A DNA stretch of 64,000 nt from Leptogorgia sarmentosa (taxonomy: Eukaryota), in contig OZ210885.1 of the NCBI GenBank assembly GCA_964658305.1, forward strand, positions 3,720,001 through 3,784,000. Direction: 5' to 3'. Made by a program: the position numbers and the translations under genes. The notes under the pieces were generated by a model. That model ran no database searches, was not told the DNA's origin, and saw only the letters and a list, made by a program, of their open reading frames with translations. Shown piece by piece: positions 39,701 through 51,700 of the stretch (positions are counted from its first letter, which is position 1; each line of letters starts with the position of its first letter).

Positions 39701-42700
39701 CCATCTCTATATCAAATTCAAATTTGTTAATTCCCCCTCTCATTATTGCATGGCATAGCAAAATTACTAAATGCTGATTGGTTAAGAGGAGTACGAGTTC
39801 ATCAGACTATGATGGTCATTTCCGGTAACTTAATATCACGAGGAAAATCACCTTCCGGAAAGCACAGTACCTGTCTGCCATCTTTGTTTACATTTCTGGC
39901 ATAAATTTTAGTTGTTAATAAGACATAGTTCTTGTGCTTTGCGAAAGGGTGTACATGTACTGATGAAGTGAAGTACAAAAAGATTTTTGACACAAAATTT
40001 TGGAAACATACCTTGGCTTTGTACCGATTTGTACCAAAGTGTCTCTAGAAAAATATAATTCAAGATAAGTGTATATGTATATCAACCTGCACTGTCCCTA
40101 AGTGCCCATAACGTAATTTTTTTATCATTTTGTTGGTTACGAACACTTATTAAAACAACAGTATAACTTCTTTCCCATGCACATTCTCAATATTAGCTTG
40201 CTTACAATGGTGCTAGAGTATATAAGAATATGCTTATTATTATAAACTACATTAAAAAAACAATTTAACACTTTGCAGGGGTTCTGCAAACGTTGTCATA
40301 TGTGATGGTGTTTAATGATGAAGACGCTCCCCTACCCACGAAAATTCCAAACATATTTCTTTGCAACGCTGTTTTGCCATTTCGAACAAAACTTTGTAAC
40401 ACCTAAATTTGAACCTAAGTTACGTTTTTTTGCCATCTCTTTCCTTTGCCTATCTGACGAAAAGTTACCTATTTCCCGGGTGTCCTTTCTATATGGGACA
40501 CCGGCAGTCTAAAAAGTGCGGTTGTTCGGACATTCGCTGTTTCAGAGGCCCTAACGCTTTATTTGCATGCGTACTTACCTGCTTTGTTCATAGTATAGAC
40601 ATTTTTTGGTATTAGATATAAGCAATTTCTCGTCAGCAAAATCCTGCAACAGAATATAAAATCTCAGTACAAGCAGAATGCATGTATGTCGTGATTCATG
40701 AACACCTGTTATGCACTTTACACTTTTCAAATTGTACTCTATGATGTTGGATTGTGGATTCTCTTGTATCTTGTGATATGCATTGTTTTCTTTCATGTCG
40801 AGAAAGACGACAAACAGACATTAGGTCACGTGACTTGCATTCTTTTGCAATAATTTGTTTTTGAGGTGAGTTTTCGAAGCTACAACTTATTGTGTCATCA
40901 GTGACCTCTATACCAATGGCTGAAGCAACAGCTTAACATTGTCACCAGTTTACCCCTCCCCTGGTAAAAATATTATGAGCCCCCTCCCTCTATATACAAC
41001 CATGCTCTAAAGAAACGCAATGCCATGTATTACACTCAAAACCTTTCTTTAAAGATAAAATGTGAAGGGTCACGTGATTGCCGGTATGCATTAACCAATT
41101 AAAACGCATTGTCAACTACATTGAATAATGAAGAACAACGAAGAGTAAATGACCGAGCGTGAGGTCTGTACTGTGAAAGATCAGACCGAGCGAATTAAAT
41201 CGGCTATCATCAGTTTCACTTGGTAACAGTAGATTATGGTATAGGCATACATGCTCAAAAGAGAACAATTTGGTTGTTCGAAATTTTTATCTGTAAATTT
41301 TAATTTGGAAAATTAAAAAGCAAAAATATTTTCTGTTTGTAAAGCGAAATTTCCCGCAAGATAAACGACATCCGGGACACCGGTCCAGATACGCAAAATA
41401 CGGACCACGGTCCGGATGTCTTTGAGGCCCCGCATGTCAACCAATCAGAATAGAGTATTTTGAAAAGCGATACAATAAAATGAATTATCCGAGGGAGCTG
41501 AATGAACTCTCCAAATCACATACTGTATACACATTTTCTTATCCCACAAGCAATAAACATTGCAACTCTGCCCGAAAAAAACACATCTGGGAGACATGGA
41601 AAAAAATCTTTTGACGGTGTATGCCTTTTTGTGTTCGTACTCACCCGAAATAAAACACTGATTCTCGTGTCATTGTTTGAATTTATAGAAAAAAAAACAA
41701 AAGTGAACTCACCAATTGCACAATTGCTGGGCCTTCCTTGATAATCGTATGAACACGACGAATCTAAAACAAAAGAACCACCACAAATTTGTACAAATAT
41801 AAAACAAACCGCATATAAAATCCATACCCATGCACACTGCAAGTATTTAACTCAGAAGTAATAACATTAACACAGGATCTGTATAATATATATTACTAAC
41901 ATCTACAAATTAACAAAACAAGTGAAAATTCAACATGTCGTGCATTTTTTACACACTATCAATTGGAAATTTGCATGCGAATTTAACAACCTATAAATAG
42001 AATGAAGGATATAATTTTATACCGAGAAAGAATGCCTGCAATAAGCAAGGAATGTCGATTTACTCATGCACGGTTTTTTTCCAAACAGCACTTAAAACCA
42101 GTCTATATAGTTTATAAACTTGTTCGATATTTTTTACTTATCCACCGTTTAAGCTAAACACCTTTGATACAACTGGCCCCAGGGTCCAGTTGTTCGTAGC
42201 CCGTTTAGCTCAAACGGCATATAAGTTATTTAAATTACACTCCCATGCATTCGTCTTGTGAATAACTGAACATAAATTTTAAACACTGAATATGCAGTTG
42301 TATACATAAGTGTTTATTTCAGATTAAAGGATTTTATTTTCATCGTTAATTGAATATACATAGTCTTGCTTCAGGACTTATCCACCGTTTAATTAAGCTA
42401 AACGGGCTACGAACAACCGAACCCAGACCATTACCTAAACAAATATTGATCACTAGGCTACGTTCCCTTATTAAAAATTAAGTACATGCTATATGACCGC
42501 TCGTGTTGTAGGTAATATTCCCAGAGCCGAACTGTTTATAATTACTATATCAATAAATACAACTGCCCTGCACCTGAAATACACTAGTGCAATAGTTAGC
42601 ATTTATACATATTAAAACTTCAAGGTAGACATTTAAAGGTTCGTCTATTCGATAATTCAATAAGCAAGTTAGTTCGTGAAATTCTTGCTATGTAAAACTC

Positions 42701-45700
42701 TCGTGGCGTGGATGAAGATGAGCTATTGTTGCCAAGTGACAGTATCACTGACAATGGAGCAGTTTCTTGAACACAAAAAAAACTTTCGCGATGACTTCGT
42801 TACCACGACGACGCAACACACTGTTCTTGTAGAAAAATATCAAAGAATTCAACGTAGAATTCATAGCTAGTAATGTTTTCGCCCAGTGAAAAATCCAGCT
42901 GCTTTCAATTCTCGATGGGTCTCCAGACCTCCCTTTTGACTCAACTTCAACTCCAGAGAGAATAAGAATTGGAAAATAACACAGTGAATTACACAGGACC
43001 GCTAGAAGACAGGTCGACACTTTTCCCAACGTGACTTTCCGTTTCTTTGCAATATTTTGCTGTTCACACTCAGGTAAGTTTCCTAAAGGTACATTAGCAC
43101 GACGTCGTAATTCCTCAACCACGATATATATTTGGCGATTAAGAATAAACATGATGAGTAACATACTAGCAGGCAAAGCAATGTAATACAAGTTTATGTA
43201 ATATTGAATCTGTTTCATTTCAAACACAACAAACGGTATCAGGAATGGTATTTGCAGTAACAAAAAAATCACAATTAATCTGGACTTCGTGATGTATTTG
43301 TGGTGAAGAAACGAGTACACCAAAGCCAGATATCTTTCGATTGCCATTGTGAAAAGCGCGGTCAATGAAAACGTACACAATTGTATAACGTAGTGAAACT
43401 TGATAGAGTACAACTTCACTTCAAACAACCAGTTTATGGTATCGACAACTAACAGCGGGTGAACGACGACAACCAACGCGAGATCAAAACAAGACAGAAT
43501 CAGTATCATAAAGTAGCACAACTTCTTTCCAAGTTTCGAAGTGAGAAGACTGATAATGACAACCGAGTTTAGAAATAGTCCAAGTAATCCAAAGACGATG
43601 TTCACAACGAGCAAAATCCCTGCGTTCACTTTGAACAGCGGTCATGTGTTATCCCACAAATTTGATGCATTCAGAGTTGTTTGATGGAGATGCATTTTGC
43701 AATTTGCATGCACGGAGAATCGTCGGCAGTTATTTCTGTCCTTTGCAGATATAAAATTTCAAATTGAGTGAACTTATTTAAGACCATCTGTTGAAGGTTT
43801 CTATGGCAAAAACAATTATAAAGTCCGTAGAAGCACGTAGTGTGCGCATGCAGTTAAGAACACCTGTCAACATAGCGACATAGCTAAGTTCAAGTAGCTC
43901 ACATTAGACGAGAACCAATGGCGGCTCAAAACGTGACATTAATGTTTATCAACAAGCAGCAAAGTTCGATTAACCGCCTAAACGATACATTCATATTTAA
44001 AGTCCAAATAATTCCCAATAATTATTTTAAAGTCTATAGATATATCAGATAAATTAGGCCCATCTATTTCAAGTTAAATTGTTATTATAGAGTCTTATTG
44101 GGTTGATAAAATTACTAGGTCTATATTGGGTTTTAATTAGTTTGCAATGTATGTATTAAATTAATTCGGGTTGGGGGCTTTTGCTTATTTTGAAGTCTTG
44201 CTTGAAAAGTCGAATCTTATTGTATCGTTGGAACTTTTGTTCCTTGTTGATGCATGTTGTTATCCGCTACCACATATTTATAATTGAAGTCGACGGACCG
44301 GCTATTAATTCGTAGCCCGTTAAGCCTGATCAGACTATAAGCCCACGGGCCAGTTGTATAAAACCTCCTTAAAAACCACGTTTCAACTATCCGGTTCGTA
44401 GTTCAATAGCAGTTGACTCTAAAACACGCGGATTGGTTAACTTTCGCACTTACTATACAGTCAACTTTAACTACGTTTTTATACAATCACCCCCAGAATA
44501 CAAAGCAAGTCTGTGTATTTCATTGAACAATCAAAATAAAATTTTCCACTCAAACTAAAAAGAACACTTCAAGTATAAGTTTACTTGGGGAAGGGGACAG
44601 TCGGGGGGGGGGGGGGGGAGAGACAATAAGGGCGGAAAGCGGGAGAAGATCGCAGGACTGGCAGCTTTTAGTGACTTTTTTCTTGTTTATACTAACTAAA
44701 AAATTAGTAGAATCATACTAGTATACTATTGCAAATGCTGCAACTTGATTGGTTACTCTACTCGCTATCTATTTAACAATTAGACAACGACGCCTCGTTG
44801 TCTATAAGCGAATGGTTTGTTTTAGTATACACTCTATGCCCAGAATTATTTATATCAAGAAAATTTGATAAAAACCTCAGCAAAACTCGAGTTTTCTGCA
44901 GTATAGCCAAATTGTTTTCCTTTGCTTTTTCGCGAACCGTGGTTCTACCACGGTATAGACAACGGCTGAGTAGCCAATCAGAATGTAGCATTTGTAATAG
45001 ACGATGGTTGGGTGTATACTAATCCTCGATAGACAGCGAGTAGCAAAACATGTGAATTTTCGTTAAAGAAGATGTATCCTGAGACGCTTTTTCAAAACAA
45101 CTGTTACAAATTGTGGCCTTTTAAATCGTGCGTCGTCAAAAACGTCTATAAACAGTCATTCCCAGTGGTCATAGCAGGGGTGACAACAGGGCAAATAGAT
45201 ACAGGAGGTGGGAACGGGTGTAAAGTGTAAGGAAAGCGATAGATCTTGACCTTCTTGCCCCCTCCCCTCCCATACTTGGCAATATCAAGTCGTCCCGGTT
45301 TATTATATGCCTAGCCAGCAATTCAGATTCACGCACAGGAGCTTTGTTTCAAAGATTTAATACTTGACAAAAAGAAATATCACATCACATCAAGAACTAA
45401 GATTACGAAATTAATCTTTCGTGCTATTAAATTTTCTCAGATATGAATGCGTACAATGAAGTTAATTGATATTCTGAATATTCATTCGTGCAAAATTTGA
45501 TGCTGATAGAAGTACATACGCAGTTTCTGAGATGCCCTCAAGTACTATACAGTTCCCTCTGAGAGGAAAAGAAAACGTAAATAATTTTGACAGCATAGAT
45601 ATAGAATAACAACGAATATGCCAGTAAGAAAGGGAAACAATGTCTTAACTTAGAAGTTGAGTACGCATGCAGATGTCGTCGAAGATGGCGTTTTTCATAT

Positions 45701-48700
45701 ATATTATCAATAAGCAATACTATATAACTATTTTCTCGCTCAATTTGGAAAAACATACATTCGTGAATTTTTCAAATTGCAGCCGTCCTCAGAACTCGTG
45801 CAATTATGGTCGTGCACGTTTTTATCCAGACTGCACTGCATGGAACCTGACAATTACCTACAAATGTTGATCACTACGCTACGTTCGCTATTCTATATTC
45901 AGTACAATATGGCCGCTCATGCATGTGGTAAACACTATTCGCAGAGCAACACTGTTTATACTACCATATTAATGAATACAAGAGTCTTGCTGAAATAAAC
46001 TAGTGCAACCGTTAGTATTACATAATAAAACTTCAAGGAGACACTTGAAGGTTCATCTATACCATTGTTTAAAAAGCAAGTTAGTTCGTGAAGTTCTTGC
46101 TATGTAAAACTCTCGTGGCGTCGATGAAGATGAGCATTGTTGCCAAGTGACAGTATCACTGACAATGGAGCAGTTTCTTGAACACAAAAAAACCTTTCGC
46201 GATGACTTCGTTTCCACGACGACGCAACACACTGTTCTTGTAGAAAAATATCAAAGAATTCAACGTAGAATTCATAGCTAGTAATGTTTGCGCCCAGTGA
46301 AAAATCCAGCTGCTTTCAATTCTCAATGGGACTACGGATCCCTCTTGCTCTTGTGACAGTTCCACTCCAAAGAGGATAAGAATTGGAAAATAACACAGTG
46401 AATTACACAGGACCGCTAGAAGACAGGTCGACACTTTTCCCAACGTGACTTTTCGTTTCTTTGCAATATTTTGCTGTTCACACTCAGCTAAGTTTCCTAA
46501 AGGTACATTAGCACGATGTCGTAATTTCTCAACCACGCTATATATTTGGCGATTAAGAATAAACATGATGAGTAATATACCCGTACGCAGAGCAATGAAA
46601 TACCACTTTACGTAGCTTTGAGCCTGTTTCCTTCGAAACACAACATACGGTATAATAAATGGTATTAGCAGAAACTGGAAGGTCACAATCAATTTGGACT
46701 TGGTGATGTATTTGTGGTGGAAGAATGAATACACTAACGCGAGATATCTTTCAACGGTCATTGTGAAAAGCGCGGTCAACGAGAACGAAGTTAATGATTC
46801 AACGTAATAAAACTCGATGGAATACAACTCCAATGCATCGATAACTAACAGCGGGTGAACGACGACAACCAACGCGAGATCAAAACAAGACAGAATCAGT
46901 ATCATAAAGTAGCACAACTTCTTTCCAAGTTTTGAAGTGAGAAGACTGATAATGACAACCGAGTTTAGAAATAGTCCAAGTAATCCAAAGACGATGTTCA
47001 CCAGGAGCAAAATTCCTGTGTTTACTTTGAACAGCGGTCCTGTGTTATCCCACGAACTTGATGCATTTGGAGTTGTCTTCATTTTGCAATTTGCACGGCG
47101 AATCGTCGGCGGTTATTTCTGTCCATTGCAGATACGTACATAAATTGATCGAACTTATTCGCGACCATCTGTTAAAGGTTTCTATGGAGAAGCCAATACA
47201 GTCACGTCGAAACGCGTCGTGCAATTGAAAAACATCTGTCGACATAGGTAAGTGCTAAGAGCTCAATTCAGACGGACCAATGGCGGCTCAAAACGCGACA
47301 TTGATGTTTATCAACAAGCAGCAAAAGTTCTACAGACTACCTGAAGTATAATATAATTTTTAAAATCTAAATAATTCCCACTAATAGTCTGGATATATTG
47401 GGAAAACTAATTTTTGAAGCCGGTCTATTTTCAGTTGAATTATCATAGATTATAGTTTGAAGTCTATTATATCATACTGAGTTGTTGAAATTATGTCAAT
47501 GCCGGGTTAAATTAGTTTATAATTTATTGTGAATAACAAGTCAAATGGGATTTAGGCATTTGTTCCACATTTGAAACGTCGGATCTTATTGTATCCTAAC
47601 TATCGTTCAAATAGCGAGTAACGCGAACTACCTTTTGGTGTTTGTTTCGTTGTTATTCGCTACCTACACTGCCATATATTGAATTCTCACAACTAATTAT
47701 TCCTAAATTGTAAAATTAAAGTCTTGACAACTTCTATAAATAAATTCGGTAACAGTTAAGTAATTGCAAACAAAGCAGTTGACGTATATTTCACGCCCCC
47801 ATCTGGAATAATTCGTTCAAGCGCAAAGATGCGGGTAACAGGATCTGCATGCAGAGGGCGGGAACTGTGAAACAGTGCACAGCAAAAACAGATCAACTTG
47901 TTGCATGCAATGTTGATAAAAACAGGATTAAACATATTCAATTATGTATCGATTGCATAATAGGTGAAATTTTAAAAAACTTCGAAGTCGTAAAGTCGTT
48001 GTTGAACTTTTTCTGAGGATCTTAATGATAATGCATATTAGACGTAATTGAAAAACAATGGAAATAATACAATTCATTACAAGAGCGCTAAAGAGCATCC
48101 TAAAGTTAGTGAAACTGCGAAGTTTGGTCTTCGACGCTGCTGCACTGAGATTCTCAGAAAATAATCAACAATGAGTTACCACTTATTCGTATTTTTCCCG
48201 TGACTCACCTTTCCAGGACCAAGTTCAAGAGCAGAAACACATCCTTTACTATCTCCAATAAACAGTTTTGTTGATGAAGAATTCCAGCACAAATTGGTTA
48301 CTGTCGACCCTTTGTGTTCATCCGTTTTCTTCACAAGCTATAAACAAACATGTCTGGAATAAACAATTTTCCACATTCACGAAACATCTCTAATCCATGC
48401 AGACCCTAAATAACCAACCGCCCTAGTCATAACCCTATAGACACATTTAGCGATCCCAATAAATGTAAAATAAATGAATCGATCGCCACATTTGGAAACA
48501 GCGTACCGAAATTAGTATAACTGCAAATTTTGGAGAAGTATAATTATAAAATGAGAATATTACGGCCAGGCAAAGTTTGCTCATTTTGTGTGTATTATTA
48601 TATATACTATAGCACAAGCATAAGTTATACCCATTTCAGGCGGAAATGGGTATTAAATCACTTTCGCCTTATGAATAGTATGTAAATTGTGCGAATGATG

Positions 48701-51700
48701 GAGGAAATGTTGTGAATGAGAAAGCTTATTACCTGAGATGCTTCTCTTTTATCAAAGTTTAATTCCCAAATGGCAACATAACCAGAACTATATTATGTAA
48801 AATAGAAAATGTTTTCAAAATGGGTTTTTTTCTGCTCGTGACAAAGTCTGTTATTGCAGAGTCGGAACTTTATCTAAATAACACCATTTAAAAATGAAAC
48901 TGGTAGTAAAAATTTAGTTTGTCTCCACTTCCTGTCAGCAGAAGACATTAGCTGTATGCATAGGTGATTTCCATTTTAGCTGTAAGCATTTGGCCAACAC
49001 GAAAACGAGAAGTGACATATTATTTCAAATACTGTACACCCAATACAACATAATATGTACCTTAATGCTGCAGCCAAAAGCTTCTCTTGATTGGAAAAAA
49101 GAACATTCGTAACACCAACATCCTTTAAAAATATCATTTATATACATGCATTTTAGTGAAAAGATTTCTGCCCACGATTTCACAGCTACAGTAGTGGGTG
49201 CACATTCGCCGGCAATACCTTAAGATTGACGTTCCCAGCAAACCGCTACCGAAAGGGGCAAACTTCAAATCACATTTCAAAGTAAGTTCCATAAGTTTTC
49301 GGCAGTAAAGTAGATTATTCACCCTTAACTTTTCATTTACAAGTCATGCTCAATATACAATTTGAAGTTTGCCGTTTGAGGTTACCCATATGCCGTAAAC
49401 GTCAATCTTAAAGTGCCTATTGCAAAGCCCGCGTCCCTTGTAGTTGTTTGAGCACTCTGGCCCCATGATACTCTACGCATGTGTGCATACGTTGATGTCT
49501 CGGTGTTGTACCACATGCGTTCGATGTGAGCACTCTCATGTGGTTAATACCGAGTCATCACGTGTCTACAACACAAATGCGGACACTAAGACCCCGTTCA
49601 CACGGTACCGGATTCACGTATAGTCACGACAATGATTTCGTTGAGTTTAAGGTTATTTTTACTCCTCCAACTTTTTCTATGATTAGTTGTTATTAAATTC
49701 TGCAATATTATCATTGATTTAAGAGCCACACTCGTCTCGAAACTATTAAATTTGATGTCGTGACCAAGTGGATCCGGTACCGTGTAAACGAGGTCTGAGA
49801 AGAAACTTATACTTAGCACCATCTGAAACAATGAAAAACAAATTAAACGGTCGAAACATCCATCGGTTTAAAACCGTTCATCGTAGAGGTCAACCATGCC
49901 ACCGCTTTCAGCTCCTCTTTTTAGGGAAATTTCAGATGCAGAAATGACTTTTCATAAATGGTTTTCCAATTTCACAAACGCATACGAAATAATATGAAAA
50001 AAAATTTCCACTCCACACACGAAATTTGAAATTTATAAAACGATACTTGCGTAAAAGTATGAAACATCAAAAATGACAATCCCACATGGAAGTTATTCTA
50101 GATTTCTAGTGGTTCTAAGGGTTCATGTTACTTAACAGACTCGACTATAAAAAGAAAATAAATGACTACGTACGACAATTCTGCTGGAATCTGGTTGCGG
50201 GAATACCTAAAATTATATAAATGAGAAAAATATATACAGTCCTGCTCTCATTAAGCGGACACCTTCGGGAACTCTCGTACGTGTCCGTTTAAAAGAGGTG
50301 TCCGCCCAATAGTGGTTACGATAATAGTATTTACCTTATTCGAAAAATCGCGAAATTAAAGTCGCGTGAAATTCACACACGCATAATTAAATACCCAGAC
50401 ATTAGGTGTATATAATCCAGTTGATCTCGTGTTCGTGTTTAAGCCAATCAGCGCTCAGAAAAGGTTGTCCGAATAGAAATCCATTTTGGTGTGCCCACTT
50501 GATTATATCTTTCGTTATTCTGTATGAAACTAATTGAAATTTTGTAATTATGTTTTGTTATGCGAACTATACCTCGAAATAAAGTACATTATGGAATCGA
50601 AATAAAGTACATTATGGGAGATATTCAGCTGTTTGAATCGAAAAATGGATTTCTATCTGACAGCTAGTCCCAGTCCTTTTCCGTGTATTGCGATCACCTG
50701 GATATTAGCACTGGCAGCAGAAAGCATAATGCAACAAAAGTACAGAGACTTACTTTCGCATTTAGGAACCTATAATGTCGGAGGGAAGATTTCCGAAAAA
50801 TATGGATTCCACCAGCATTTGTTCCCAGCGCAATATAATTCGTTGAAACATTGAAACTAATATACTGAAATACAAAAAAGCACAAAGTTAATCAAAACAT
50901 CATAAATACATTAAAATAAACGCCGTGGCTATTCGTACTGGAACACTGACTGGAACCACAAACTACTATTTCACTCGTAAAAGGGAGATAGCAGAGCTGC
51001 TCAATAAATATAATAAGGCAGTGTAGGCAGTACTACACCTTAAAATCCTACATATTTTACTCCAATTTTTACTACATATTTCACTCTAATTTTTACTACA
51101 TATTTTGTTCTAATTTTTACTACATATTTTGCTCTTATATGAATAGCACTCCAGCACTTCTGCTGCTGTCTCACTGTTTTTCTCTCTTCAGTTAAAAGGA
51201 GATTGAAAGCTCTGAGCTGCTCAATGCGATAACAAAACACTTCGCAGTGTCGCACTCTATATTAAGTACTACTTTACTCTGTTCAGCACTGCTTTTCAAA
51301 TGGATAACAAGACATCAAGCTGCAGTATACCCTACTTTATAATTTTACTTATGATCGTTCAGCAGATCTGATGATTTATACTTAAAGAAAGATAAAGAGC
51401 ACTGCTGCTTGATGGGATAATACGCATTGATGCACATTACATGTACCTTAATATATATTATTTGTTAATGCTAGCTGAACAATGAGACCCAATGCTAACA
51501 AGGGCATCACCCCAGCATTAATATCAGGCCACCTTGTCTAGTGTATAGGCCATTAAGGGCTGATTAAATGGAGAAATTTCTGTCTGGGCTGATTTTTCAT
51601 CCTGGCAATGGACATATGAAAGGTCATATGAAAGGTCATATGAAAGACAAGAATACTCTGAATAAGAAATACAAACTTGTATGAATAATTTAATATCAGC

